Part shown: one piece after another, positions 8,507-18,887 of the stretch
Layout: every line of letters begins with the position of its first letter
Numbering within the stretch: the stretch's first letter is position 1
Origin: an uncultured virus (IMG/VR IMGVR_UViG_3300032255_000005)
Strand: one strand, 5' to 3'
Length of the DNA: 42,601 bases
Virus record (IMG/VR): IMGVR_UViG_3300032255_000005
Location: 1 to 42,601 of that record
Translations under genes and position numbers: made by a program
Notes under the pieces: generated by a model
What the model saw: only the letters and a program-made list of their open reading frames with translations
Databases searched by the model: none
What the model was told of the DNA's origin: nothing

Positions 8507-9736
8507 CTACAAAGCATCACAAGCGAAGCGGGAACCGGCGCTTCCGTTTAATTCCCATGGAGAGTTATTTAAATGTACTGTGCGCGAGCCGGCCAGTACG
8601 CCGTGGAACCAAGTACCCCCAACAAATACCGCACCTAACGATGTCGGTGTGTACATATAAAGCTGACCTACACCTTGACCTGCCATTGGGTCGTTCCACC
8701 CCCACCCCGCCGTACCGTCTTGACGAATAATAAACTCATCCAGCCACTTCCAAATGTTACCAACACAGTCAACAATATTATTTGCGCTCACTGCATTAAC
8801 GACTGCCCCTGTCGTTGTACGGCCTGTGTTTGTTGTTGCTGACCACGCATTAACATTATCTGCATTGTTACCCTGTGGACTACCTTCTGCGGCTTGATGG
8901 CTTTCATTTAATGACATCAAGCGTTTGCCTGTTCGTTTAGCAAGCTCATTAAAATTATACTGGTTTAAGCCTTCTGTTCCCGTAAGCGGAGTACCGCCAT
9001 AAACCGATTGGCTTGTCCCTGCGGATAATTTGCCGTTAGTCACAACCGGCGCAACATTTGCTGAAGCTAAATAAATATCTACCCAGAAGTTACCTACTTT
9101 CACCATGCCGGTAGGGTCGCACGTTGGGCGATTGATAAGATCCCAACAGCTGTTAGGTACAATCGCGCCGTTAGTTACATTCGCCTCCCACGGCGTAGTA
9201 ACATCAGCCCCGTAAACCGCAGAAGCACCATCAATCGGCGTACCCGCAGAATTAACAACACGAGCACGACCAAAATGAAACCCACCAATTTTGCGGGAAT
9301 TAGCAGCGCTGTATCCGGTTGGGAACGTGCTGTTTTTTGAACAAACAATTTTAGCCGTACCACTCGCATACTGCGTTGCGTAGGTATAAATATCATCACC
9401 CACTGCCAATGCAGTAAACGAACTATCGCGGTTGGCTGCTAAAACAGGGTTAAAATCTGTTTGAGCAGACATCATATACCCTTTACCGTTGCCGCCAATA
9501 TTCACCATGCCTTCGGGTAAATTTAAAGTATCGCCCGTCCCTTTTGAAATTTCGCCATTCAACGAAAAAAAGCCTGCGGCTTGTGACGGTAGAATAGGAA
9601 AGCCCCCTGGCGTTACGCCGTCATGAGCAACTAATATATTATCCGTTGTATTATAAGTGACCTCCTTAAGAGCGCCGACCATGACTGCATGCTCTTCTGC
9701 TGTGCCGAATCTAAATTCTTCTTGTGTTGCTCCCAT
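8507..9736 (-). CDS. Mtd-like receptor-binding tail protein (Mtd N-terminal motif plus FGE-type C-type lectin C-terminus)
   Basis: FRFGTAEEH...EVTYNT...VAHDGVTPGG; FWVDIYLAS; DCVGNIWKWLDE; GGTW..GVLAGSR...GSRFACDAL. Confidence 0.85.
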   Translation of the reverse strand: MGATQEEFRFGTAEEHAVMVGALKEVTYNTTDNILVAHDGVTPGGFPILPSQAAGFFSLNGEISKGTGDTLNLPEGMVNIGGNGKGYMMSAQTDFNPVLAANRDSSFTALAVGDDIYTYATQYASGTAKIVCSKNSTFPTGYSAANSRKIGGFHFGRARVVNSAGTPIDGASAVYGADVTTPWEANVTNGAIVPNSCWDLINRPTCDPTGMVKVGNFWVDIYLASANVAPVVTNGKLSAGTSQSVYGGTPLTGTEGLNQYNFNELAKRTGKRLMSLNESHQAAEGSPQGNNADNVNAWSATTNTGRTTTGAVVNAVSANNIVDCVGNIWKWLDEFIIRQDGTAGWGWNDPMAGQGVGQLYMYTPTSLGAVFVGGTWFHGVLAGSRTVHLNNSPWELNGSAGSRFACDAL

Positions 9737-10080
9737 TACATTGCCCCTTGAACTGTGGTTATATGGTTTTGTACTTCTATTTCTGTTAGCCCTAACTTAA
9801 TCATTTGTGCATTTATGTTTTCAACAAAACTAAATTGGTGCCGTTCATCATTGTTTGCACCCTGATTTTCAAGTACCCGAAAATCAGGCTCAACGCCGTC
9901 TGGTGTTTCTGATGAAGTTAGAATACGATCAAACACATAATGCTTTGTGTTTAGTAAATTGTTTAAAAACAAAAGTCCTTTTGTCATTTTTTCGGGTGTC
10001 GCAGAGGGCGTACCGATGTATACCATTAGCTGCTCAACGTCCTTTTTTGTTGCGATATGTTTAGGGAATCCTTTCATCAT
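9736..10080 (-). CDS. Phage tail-region hypothetical protein
   Basis: 114 aa, translationally coupled to both neighbours. Confidence 0.7.
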   Translation of the reverse strand: MMKGFPKHIATKKDVEQLMVYIGTPSATPEKMTKGLLFLNNLLNTKHYVFDRILTSSETPDGVEPDFRVLENQGANNDERHQFSFVENINAQMIKLGLTEIEVQNHITTVQGAM

Positions 10081-13000
10081 TATGTACCTGCCGCCTCATA
10101 TTTGAATTCGTCCGGGCTTGATAAACCAACATCAGCTCCCGTTTTGTCCTCCACCCGCACATCGAACCCATTAACATCTTCATTTGTTTTAATCGCATAC
10201 AAAGAAGTACTGCTAATAATTTGAGGATTAACAAAAGGCGGAAGATGGAATTGTTTCGCATAATTAAAACGAGAGCCGCCAATTGCAACCGTTAGGCCGC
10301 TCGCTCTTTCTTTGCGTTCAAGCAGATCGATTGTTGGGGAAAACTTTAAAAGAGCAGGTAAATAACCTTGTTCGTTAGGAAAGCATTTAACGCGAAACAT
10401 AATATGGCGCATGTCAATATCGCCAAATGTCCACGGCTCAAATAAAATTAATTCACCATTATCATTTACTGTTGTTACCGGCTCAGTGATTGAACCGCGA
10501 CTAATTATTTTTGTCACTGGCTCAGCGATTGAACCGCGACTAATAATAGAGTCCGCGCCTCTGTGATACTCGCCTTCTTTACGTGATGCTTTTTCAAGCG
10601 AAACATTTATTGCGTCGCCGCTTGCCCCGTAACTTAACGTGCCCCGAGCATTAATCGACGTTACCGGGTCGGTAATTGAGCCCGCCTTATTGATTTTAGT
10701 GACTGGCTCAGTGATTGATCCTCGAACAATTTTCTTTGTTACGTTAGAAAGTGATGCTGATATATTTGCCCGTACGCGGACGATGTCGTTAAAACCTAAG
10801 TCATACTCGGTTGTTGTATATACAGCTTCATCAGTCGCGGTGGGGATTAATGCGTTTGCTTGAAGAGCAAAACCTTTACGTTGACCTAACCACGCTGGAT
10901 GCTCTGCGTTGTTATAAATAAAGTCGTAGTTGGTTGTTACCGTTAAATCATACGCCGCGGCTTTTACTGAAAAACGCCCGCCGTTATCACGCTCTTTAAT
11001 AAAAAACGTGTACGCACCAGGGGGAATAGCCGAGCTGGTTAACTCTGTTCCTTTCGCGGCTTTAGTTAAATGTTGCGCGCTGCTGTAGTCAGCATTGCCC
11101 AGTGCTGCGTAACGAATCTCAAAACCACCCGAGTCTGCTATTTGCGTGTTATTCCATTTAAAAACAACCTGCTCACCATTTTGTGTTGCTAAAAAACCGG
11201 TAACATTTGGTGGCGGTTCTTCTTTACCAATAACGGGATGGTTTAATTCAGTAAGCCATTCGGAGGTGTTTCTTACGCTGTCGCTTGCGCGTACTCTTAC
11301 GTCATAAACCTCACCGGCATAAACCGGCCACACATACGACTCTGTTTCACCAATAACATCTGCTTGATTTATCCAAACAGTATCAGAAGACTTTTTGTAC
11401 TGAACCTCGTAACCAGCAACCCTTACATCGCCGCTTTCAACCCAGCTCAATTTTATTCTTGGTAGTATTGTTCCGTCGTCATTAGCAAATAACGTCGAGG
11501 TTCCGCTGATCATACTTAATGAAGCGGGCACTGGAATAATGTTTGCGTCAGCATCTTCTTCGGGTGCTTCTGCGCCGATAACAAACGAAACTCTTGAACC
11601 GCCTTTGTAGCCGGACAAATCAACATTAGCCGCCCCAACGCCTAAATAATAAGGGTACCAATTAGAAGCAAAGCTGGTCTGAGGGTAATTTTTTAAAAAC
11701 ACCGCCGGTGATGGGGTGCGGCTTGAACCGTTTATTGGCGTGTTGCCGTATTTGCTAATAATGTTATTTAGCTCAGGATAAGTCTGGCTTGCACCATCTA
11801 TCGCAAAATAAACCGCGCCTGGGGCGCCGCCAGCACCACCGCCTGCATGATTAGGGGTGTTTGTAACTGAACTTGATGAGCTACCATAGCTTTCGCTGTA
11901 ACTCGCGTTTCCGTGAAACGTACCCGCTTCGCCGTCTGCACCAGAAAGGTTGATGCTACCAGAAACCCCAAAGCTCGCACCACGGGACACAACAAACAAA
12001 CCGGCACCACCCGCACCACCGGCACCGCCCATCCAGTTTGACCAACCGTGATAGACCCACGCGCCGTATTTAAAACTAATATTGCCACCGCTTGAGCCAG
12101 ACGTGCCGCGCATGTCTGCAGGAATACCCTTTAACGTATTGTTATTATAATTTAGCGTTAAGTTAGGAACGGTTGTAAATTGACCGTCTACACGATTACC
12201 CGCTATCGCTTTAAGATAAGCATTGTCGGTACTGTTGTCGTGACGTTCGCCGCCCATTGATACAGTAGGGCCAATAAAACCTGCCACCCCCGCATTATAA
12301 GAGCGCGAATATAAATCTGAGGTGTATGCACCCTGAGTGGTGTACGGGCTAAATTGATTAACAGACTTTAAGTCAGCACCGCCGGCATGACCTGCACCAA
12401 CGCCGAGAATATTCCCGTTATTTGTAAAGTGACCCTTAACCCTTAGTTGAACATTATCTGTAATAGATAAATTAACGGCTGAGTCATTAACCAAATCACC
12501 ATCATAAAAATAAATAGAGGTCGAGGCATCGTTTAAATTATTGCCACCCGTTAACGCGCAGGATGCTTTAATATGGCCTACGCCGCTTATTACCTCGAAG
12601 TCAGTCGCAGCATTGTATCCACCGCCAACATACGTTGCCAGATTCTTGCCTTCGCTTGTATACCACGCATCATTAATAACACTGGCTGCAGTTGTTGATG
12701 CCAGCTCGCCCGCTTCTTTTGCAGAGCCAAACAAGCGAAATGTAACCGTTCCATCTATCCAATTAATCGCAACGTGCTGAACTTCAAACGATCTATCTAA
12801 TGATGCGCCAGTATAATAGTCCCGAATGTTTTCATGCTTAACCCGAACAACATCGCCAACCTCAACAATGTTTGTAGAGAGCAAACATGTGACCGACAAC
12901 CGGACGGGGGGATCTGAATACCGGTCACGAAAAGCGTTAAACCGTTCACCTAATGTTTCTGTGCTGTGGCGATTGCCGTACAACCCCCTAAATTTAAAGC

Positions 13001-14267
13001 GCAACGGATTTGAAAGCCCATTTCTCGCGATACTATCAGAGTCAATTAAAACATTTCGCCGCGTAAACTTTTCTTTAGTAGCTAACCAGTTCCACTCTAT
13101 TTCTATATGATTATGTATGTTCGACATATCATAAGAAATGCTCGAGTAACTAATAATATTGTCTTCATCAAACTGGTGAACAAAAGGCGCATCAGCCGAA
13201 ATTCGCACCATGGGGAGAAGCCCCAAAGCACCATCACTATAAACAGGGCTAAAACCGCCCATTAAAACCAACAGTTCTTTTTCTATAAACGTTTTACCGT
13301 CTTGTTTTTTTAGACCCTCAAACCTAACGACCACACCGTTGTTGTCGTTGGTTGTATCATAAATGTCTGAGCCGTAATTAGTATGATCAGACAACCTCAC
13401 AAACGACTCATCTATACCTAGATGCCACGTTGAAGGTAATACCTCAGTCTGACCAATTAATTTACCCGTGCGAATAGCGTAAATTAATTTTGGAATAGGC
13501 AGCTCTATATAAACATACTCTTCAACTGCCGTTCTTCTGTCGCTCGATGCCGTTAAATCAACATCATGTTTAATGGCTTTTGTGTTTAAAGCGCCGTGAG
13601 TACAACCGGTAAAGCTGCTCGCTGTTTTTCCGGTTGCTCTTATTACTTCATCTTTTATTTTAAAGTAATACACCGTTTGGTTAGGTGCATCACTGTATGA
13701 ATTGCCGTGTTTAAGAGGCTTAAAACCCGCTGTTGAAGTGACGTTAACCACATCATCACCAGGTAAAACGGTTTGAGTTAGTGTTGTTTTAGCAGTATCG
13801 AAAATATCCTTTCTTGTTTCGCGCTGAATATCGTCGCATTTGTAGTTGTAAGCGCCGTCGGTAGATAAAACATCTTGAACTATTTGTGTTTGTGCTAACG
13901 TGTAATCGTCCCACGCTAAACTTTTCTCACCAACATAAATTCTTGCTCGTTGCCCGCGCAATCCTTTACCAAGCAGTAACTTATTGTACTGTAACGTTGT
14001 TATTTGGTTGCTCTCGTCAACTGAATCAAAATCGAGCGAGCCAATTGAAGCAAGCGCTTTTTCTGGCGTAACGGATTGGCTTGTTCCTGAGATATTTTTA
14101 ACAACGCCATTAACTGAAAGTGCGCCAGGCGGTAACGCTGCATCAGCATGTGAAGTGAGGTAATATAAATCTGTGTTTTCCGAGTTAAAAGAAAGCTCAA
14201 CAACATAGCGGGGTTCTTTGCTCGCAGAAACATTAATTAACTCAAAAGCGGCGGAATCCGTTCTCAT
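10080..14267 (-). CDS. Tail tip / host-specificity protein with FN3-like domains and Gly-rich region
   Basis: 1395 aa after the tape measure; LSW...GYEVQYK...YDVRVRA and PPNVTGF FN3 signatures; GGAGGAGG collar. Confidence 0.8.
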   Translation of the reverse strand: MRTDSAAFELINVSASKEPRYVVELSFNSENTDLYYLTSHADAALPPGALSVNGVVKNISGTSQSVTPEKALASIGSLDFDSVDESNQITTLQYNKLLLGKGLRGQRARIYVGEKSLAWDDYTLAQTQIVQDVLSTDGAYNYKCDDIQRETRKDIFDTAKTTLTQTVLPGDDVVNVTSTAGFKPLKHGNSYSDAPNQTVYYFKIKDEVIRATGKTASSFTGCTHGALNTKAIKHDVDLTASSDRRTAVEEYVYIELPIPKLIYAIRTGKLIGQTEVLPSTWHLGIDESFVRLSDHTNYGSDIYDTTNDNNGVVVRFEGLKKQDGKTFIEKELLVLMGGFSPVYSDGALGLLPMVRISADAPFVHQFDEDNIISYSSISYDMSNIHNHIEIEWNWLATKEKFTRRNVLIDSDSIARNGLSNPLRFKFRGLYGNRHSTETLGERFNAFRDRYSDPPVRLSVTCLLSTNIVEVGDVVRVKHENIRDYYTGASLDRSFEVQHVAINWIDGTVTFRLFGSAKEAGELASTTAASVINDAWYTSEGKNLATYVGGGYNAATDFEVISGVGHIKASCALTGGNNLNDASTSIYFYDGDLVNDSAVNLSITDNVQLRVKGHFTNNGNILGVGAGHAGGADLKSVNQFSPYTTQGAYTSDLYSRSYNAGVAGFIGPTVSMGGERHDNSTDNAYLKAIAGNRVDGQFTTVPNLTLNYNNNTLKGIPADMRGTSGSSGGNISFKYGAWVYHGWSNWMGGAGGAGGAGLFVVSRGASFGVSGSINLSGADGEAGTFHGNASYSESYGSSSSSVTNTPNHAGGGAGGAPGAVYFAIDGASQTYPELNNIISKYGNTPINGSSRTPSPAVFLKNYPQTSFASNWYPYYLGVGAANVDLSGYKGGSRVSFVIGAEAPEEDADANIIPVPASLSMISGTSTLFANDDGTILPRIKLSWVESGDVRVAGYEVQYKKSSDTVWINQADVIGETESYVWPVYAGEVYDVRVRASDSVRNTSEWLTELNHPVIGKEEPPPNVTGFLATQNGEQVVFKWNNTQIADSGGFEIRYAALGNADYSSAQHLTKAAKGTELTSSAIPPGAYTFFIKERDNGGRFSVKAAAYDLTVTTNYDFIYNNAEHPAWLGQRKGFALQANALIPTATDEAVYTTTEYDLGFNDIVRVRANISASLSNVTKKIVRGSITEPVTKINKAGSITDPVTSINARGTLSYGASGDAINVSLEKASRKEGEYHRGADSIISRGSIAEPVTKIISRGSITEPVTTVNDNGELILFEPWTFGDIDMRHIMFRVKCFPNEQGYLPALLKFSPTIDLLERKERASGLTVAIGGSRFNYAKQFHLPPFVNPQIISSTSLYAIKTNEDVNGFDVRVEDKTGADVGLSSPDEFKYEAAGT

Positions 14268-14893
14268 TTCACGCGCACCTTAAACGAAAAGCGATATCTT
14301 CTGCTTGAGCCTTGGCGCTGAACTGTATAGTCGCCCACTAAGCGGCATGTTTTAACCTCATCCGGCGCGGCGATTGTTCCATACGGATCAAAAGCAAACG
14401 ACTCGCCCGCGCGCACCGAACTAAAAAACTCACGCCAATAAGGGTATTCTGCTTCTGTAATAATAGAAGTCGTTACATCCCAATCTTCATGCTCAGCAAA
14501 TAAAAGCGTTTCAGTCACACCGCTTAATGAAGAAGGCGCTTTTGTATCAGCCGGGTAACTTGGGTTTAAAGCCTGCGCCCCCGTTTCTAAACTGTAAGAA
14601 ACAGACAAGCCGTGCTTATAGCCAACGATATTAATAACCGAACCCGCAGCCTCATCAGTTAAAGAAGACAACAACTCAATTTTAGTGGCCGTAGAATCAA
14701 CATAAACCTCATGCCAGCCATCATCCACCGCAGAGCCTGTTAACAAAATATAATCGCTCGCCAACAACCCCAACAAATCTGTCGTAACCGAGTTAATCGA
14801 GTTATCAACACTCGCAATAGAGAGATCTGTAGCCGTAACATCAAAACCAGAAGGCACAAGATTTCTTTTAGCCGTATACGTTATTGCGCTCAT
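14264..14893 (-). CDS. Distal tail protein-like
   Basis: Position between tape measure and tail tip, with overlapping start/stop codons. Confidence 0.6.
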   Translation of the reverse strand: MSAITYTAKRNLVPSGFDVTATDLSIASVDNSINSVTTDLLGLLASDYILLTGSAVDDGWHEVYVDSTATKIELLSSLTDEAAGSVINIVGYKHGLSVSYSLETGAQALNPSYPADTKAPSSLSGVTETLLFAEHEDWDVTTSIITEAEYPYWREFFSSVRAGESFAFDPYGTIAAPDEVKTCRLVGDYTVQRQGSSRRYRFSFKVRVK

Positions 14894-16809
14894 GCAGACA
14901 ATTCCAACGCTTGACGACTGTTTGAACTGAATAAAACCTTATCGCCGCGCTCAAGCGCCTCACCAATTTGACCAAACAAATCATCAACCTGATCAGAAGT
15001 AAAAGTTTTATCCTGCCCAACCAGCTGAATAACCGTAGTAGCACCAGAACTTGTTTGCTGTTGAGTTTGCGAAGAAGCAGGAACAGCCTGCGCCGGCGCA
15101 CCACCATTAAAGTTTGAGCCAGTAGAAACACCACCGCCCGCACCACCACTAACAGAAACACCACCGCCGCCGCCGTTAAAAGATTGCGAACGAATGTTTT
15201 TAATTTGTTGTCGGGTAGCAAGTGCCGCCGTAGCAGCATAAGCCGCGCCCACCCAAGGACCACCAACTTTAGCACCCGCTGCATAACTACTTGTTATCGC
15301 CTCGTAACCTTTTATTAAAGCCGTTGCTACAGCCGCTTTTTTACCAACCTCAAACTCTTTCTTAGAGCTAGAAGACATCAACGTTGATAAATTACCAAAG
15401 ATCCCTTTAGTAACATTCAACCGTTCCTGCATCGCAGACTTGGCAATCTTGTTTCGTGAGGCCTGATGTTGAGAATCAAGCTGCTCAATTAAAGCGTTTT
15501 TCTTTTGCTCAGTAATAAGTTGATTTTGAAAAGCATCCTCAACAATGAATTGACGGTTTTCGTGAGCCTGCTGTAAACGTTGCGTTTCGCTCATTAGTGA
15601 ATCTTCAAGAACCATAAGTTTTTCAGCGGCTTGTTCTTGCTGTTGAGTTATGGGGTCAAAACCCGCAATAGTTGTATAGCTGGCCTTTTCTTTAACAGCG
15701 GTTATTTTTACAGCCGCCTCTTCTGCTGCTGCGGTTACCTCAGCAATGAACTTTTTAGCTTCAGTGCTAGGCATTGGTTTTTGAACCAGCTCAGATAAGA
15801 TTTTTGATGTTTCACTGAAATCTTTGTTTGCTTCTTTGGTGATAGTGCTTAAGAGTTCAATTGGCTTTATGTCTACGGTAGGTAATAAGTTAACAACAGA
15901 AACAATCATCTTTTGCAGTTCGTCAATGCCTTCATACATCCCCGCTGCAAAACCTTGAAACAATGCTTTTAAACCAACAATGACAACTTCTAAACCACGA
16001 ATAACATCAAGCGTATAAGCAACTGACATCATCACGTTTGACATGGCCTGCTTTACTTCTTCGCTAAAACCGTTACTTTCAATTGCGGCATCTTTAAAGC
16101 GTCCAGCTACTTCTGCAACAAAAGGAGAAAGCTCGACGGCCAGTTTATTGCCAACACCTTGAATTATTGCTAATGACTGGTCCCAGGCATCATTGGCTTC
16201 TTTAATTTTAGCCGCATCCATATCACCTAATGCGGCACCAGAAGCGATCGCTTCATTTTTTAATTCTTTTAATTTTTCAGCATTATTATCAAGCAAAGGT
16301 AGTAACATACTTGCATCAGAAGCCAACGCTTCAAGCAAAAATACTTTTTCTGATTGAGTGCCAACCTGATCCAGCCCTTCTGCAATTTTTAACAACTGCT
16401 CATCTGGCGCCAGCTTTACCATGTCAGCGGCATTCAAATTCAATCGCTCAAGAACATCTAATGCAGCACCGCCGCCAGAAACAAATGCATCACCAATCTT
16501 GTCTGAGGTATCACGAAAAACATCATTGAGTTTTTCTTGCGAAACAGAAACAGTATCAGCCGCATATCCCCACGCGGACAATTGTTCGGTGCTCATGCCG
16601 ATAGAATTAGCATAAGCCGTCATTTCTTTTGCGTTGCGCGCAGAAGAAATGGCAAGACCGGTCGCTGCTGTTGCGGTCACAGCAGATACACTTGCGATTG
16701 TTTTCGCCGCATCTACACTTAACGTTTTTAAACGTGAAGTAACGCTAGAAAACGCTTTTTTAGTGCGATCTGTTGCATTAATATCAAACTCAGCAGCAGG
16801 CTTGGTCAT
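14890..16809 (-). CDS. Tail tape measure protein
   Basis: INATDRTKKAFSSV N-terminus; Ala-rich helical 639 aa; follows tail chaperones. Confidence 0.85.
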   Translation of the reverse strand: MTKPAAEFDINATDRTKKAFSSVTSRLKTLSVDAAKTIASVSAVTATAATGLAISSARNAKEMTAYANSIGMSTEQLSAWGYAADTVSVSQEKLNDVFRDTSDKIGDAFVSGGGAALDVLERLNLNAADMVKLAPDEQLLKIAEGLDQVGTQSEKVFLLEALASDASMLLPLLDNNAEKLKELKNEAIASGAALGDMDAAKIKEANDAWDQSLAIIQGVGNKLAVELSPFVAEVAGRFKDAAIESNGFSEEVKQAMSNVMMSVAYTLDVIRGLEVVIVGLKALFQGFAAGMYEGIDELQKMIVSVVNLLPTVDIKPIELLSTITKEANKDFSETSKILSELVQKPMPSTEAKKFIAEVTAAAEEAAVKITAVKEKASYTTIAGFDPITQQQEQAAEKLMVLEDSLMSETQRLQQAHENRQFIVEDAFQNQLITEQKKNALIEQLDSQHQASRNKIAKSAMQERLNVTKGIFGNLSTLMSSSSKKEFEVGKKAAVATALIKGYEAITSSYAAGAKVGGPWVGAAYAATAALATRQQIKNIRSQSFNGGGGGVSVSGGAGGGVSTGSNFNGGAPAQAVPASSQTQQQTSSGATTVIQLVGQDKTFTSDQVDDLFGQIGEALERGDKVLFSSNSRQALELSA

Positions 16810-16823
16810 TTATTTTTCCCAAT

Positions 16824-16849
16824 AAAAAAGCCGCTTAAAAGCGGCTTTT
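16824..16849. terminator. Bidirectional-looking terminator
   Basis: AAAAAAGCCGCTT-AA-AAGCGGCTTTT. Confidence 0.7.
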
Positions 16850-16942
16850 GATTAAAAACTTGTTTTGTCGGTGAATTTTTGCGATCCTCACCAAGCTCTC
16901 TGATTAAATAACAACTAAAATATCTAAATCACCGGAGGATTT

Positions 16943-17266
16943 ATGGCTTTATTCCCTTGCCCAGAATGCCAAAAAGAAATTTCAGACACAGCTACGTCTT
17001 GCCCTAGTTGTGGCGCGCCTATTGGTTCAGAAAGCAGTGCCGCAGGCGCGGCATTAACAACAACACAGGAAACCAGTAAAAAGCTAAAGGCTTACCTAAT
17101 AATATCCTCTGTTTTGTTTTGGCTTGGTTTGACCGGTTCTATTTTTGTTGCTCAAAGCCAATCTACTGCATACCCCATTGAAACAAAGTTTTGGTATTAC
17201 GCTTTGTTTGCAGGGATAGCTTTATATCTTTATACAAAATTTAAGATATGGTGGCATCACAAGTGA
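16943..17266 (+). CDS. Zinc-ribbon membrane protein (moron)
   Basis: CPEC..EISDTA..CPSCG plus two TM helices; GGAGG RBS; opposite strand to the late operon. Confidence 0.8.
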   Translation: MALFPCPECQKEISDTATSCPSCGAPIGSESSAAGAALTTTQETSKKLKAYLIISSVLFWLGLTGSIFVAQSQSTAYPIETKFWYYALFAGIALYLYTKFKIWWHHK

Positions 17267-17274
17267 ACTTGTTT

Positions 17275-17583
17275 TTATAATATAGAATCAATTAGTTCCA
17301 TGGCCTGCAAATAAACTGCAGGCTGATCAAGCAGTCCACCACTATAAGGCAAAACCCCATTCTTATAATGACTATGCATACGAAGATAAAACATAGACGC
17401 TTGTGTAATCATCGGCTTTAAACAAACATTGGAATCAATAACACCGGGAATGCTTGCAAACTTAATCGGAGCTACACCTCTTGATAAAGGCCAGTTTTCA
17501 TCCCCTACTGTTTCGGTACAGTGATATTCATTTACACAATGATTACAATTAAAATCTTTTTGGTTCCGATTCACCTCAACCAA
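17275..17583 (-). CDS. Tail assembly chaperone, frameshifted (gpT-like) part
   Basis: In the -1 frame of the upstream chaperone; weak TTG start; GVLPYSGGLLDQP motif. Confidence 0.7.
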   Translation of the reverse strand: MVEVNRNQKDFNCNHCVNEYHCTETVGDENWPLSRGVAPIKFASIPGVIDSNVCLKPMITQASMFYLRMHSHYKNGVLPYSGGLLDQPAVYLQAMELIDSIL

Positions 17584-17588
17584 GATAA

Positions 17589-17936
17589 TTAGTTTTTTTC
17601 TTCTTTTGAATCCAGTTGGGATTTATTTACAACTGCCATTGCGAGTTCTTGACGATCTCCCCATGATAAATTTTCTAACATTTGTGGTGTAAATTTATAA
17701 TCTTCGCCGCTATCATCAACAATGTTTTCACAGCCTTTAATCCCGTTGATTAAAGCCGTTCTCACGCCTTTAGCCGTTAAAGGTGCGCCACTTGTAAAAT
17801 CTGCCTGAAACAAAACTTCATCAAGCACCGAGCCTTTAACCGCGTACACTTTAAACTTAGCGGGATCTTCTTGGCCTTCTTGCGACTTTAATTCGTGCCA
17901 ATGGGGTTCAATTTTGTTTGTGCTAATTGTTAACAT
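17589..17936 (-). CDS. Tail assembly chaperone (gpG-like)
   Basis: Between tail tube and tape measure; ends in ...EEKN with a slippery sequence. Confidence 0.75.
   Translation of the reverse strand: MLTISTNKIEPHWHELKSQEGQEDPAKFKVYAVKGSVLDEVLFQADFTSGAPLTAKGVRTALINGIKGCENIVDDSGEDYKFTPQMLENLSWGDRQELAMAVVNKSQLDSKEEKN
17592..17598 (-). other. Programmed -1 ribosomal frameshift site A-AAA-AAC
   Basis: GAA AAA AAC TAA; a -1 slip continues CTA ATT ATC TTG GTT in frame with 17275-17583. Confidence 0.8.
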
Positions 17937-17945
17937 TTTTTTTCC

Positions 17946-18887
17946 TTATGTAAAAGTAATTGAAACTTGATCATCTCCAGCGGACTCATGAGCGCCAAAT
18001 ACTAGCTCAACCGTTTGCTGTCCATCACGTTCGCCGTAAGGTGCATCGGTGTATGAGATTGCTGGCATACTAATCTGGAACCGGTTGCCTGCTGTTCCAC
18101 CAATTACGCCAGTGGTTAATGCCATGGATTTGCTTGTTTTCCAGTCATCAACAAAGTCATTCGTTGCAAGCAACGTATCTAGCGGGTCAATGCCACCTGT
18201 TACGTTACGGTCAATGATCGTAATTTCACCAAAACCATCAGCAGCATTTACGTCCAGAGGCGTTGAAACTTCATTACCCATATCAAAACTTAGTTTTGAT
18301 ATGCTTGCCGCAAAACTATCAACCGAGAAGCCTGCGCTTTTAATAATGGGTGATTCGGTTGCATCTAACGTTGGAGCAGGTAAAGCGGTGTCACTTTGAG
18401 CGCCTTCGTGCCCGGTAAACGTAAATGAAAACATACCCGCGCCGCCACTTTCACCGTTAAAACTGACATTACCCTGACAACCAAGCATAGGGTAAAGCTT
18501 ACCGTCACGATAAATGTATAACGTGATATGTTTTAAAGCCTCGCTTAAGGGTGCATACGTTACTGATGTAGACACAACAACCGTTTCATCAAAACCGCAC
18601 GCTTGAAGTAATGGGCCACACTCAGGTGCCGTACCTGCTGCCCCTGAGCCTTTTACCTTTACGTCAAAACTGGCTGTGAATAAAGTACTGCCAAATAGTG
18701 ATTTATCTTTACCTAGCGTTGTCTTTACGTTTGACTGCTCAATCATTTTTTGATTGGCAAAACCAAAGTTTAAGTTTTCAATATAAACCGCATTAAGCGC
18801 CGCTGTTGGAGCAGCATCCGTGCCAGGTGTTGTTTCTACCTTGGCTAATACAACCGACTTTTTAACCAGCATTTTTATTGCCCTCAT
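17946..18887 (-). CDS. Major tail tube protein
   Basis: 313 aa, VLAKVETTPGTDAAPT N-terminus, beta-rich; syntenic position. Confidence 0.8.
   Translation of the reverse strand: MRAIKMLVKKSVVLAKVETTPGTDAAPTAALNAVYIENLNFGFANQKMIEQSNVKTTLGKDKSLFGSTLFTASFDVKVKGSGAAGTAPECGPLLQACGFDETVVVSTSVTYAPLSEALKHITLYIYRDGKLYPMLGCQGNVSFNGESGGAGMFSFTFTGHEGAQSDTALPAPTLDATESPIIKSAGFSVDSFAASISKLSFDMGNEVSTPLDVNAADGFGEITIIDRNVTGGIDPLDTLLATNDFVDDWKTSKSMALTTGVIGGTAGNRFQISMPAISYTDAPYGERDGQQTVELVFGAHESAGDDQVSITFT

Noticed and set aside
8410-9736. Complete diversity-generating retroelement
   Set aside because: No reverse transcriptase, accessory gene or template repeat seen in the window; the hairpin after the gene looks like an ordinary terminator.
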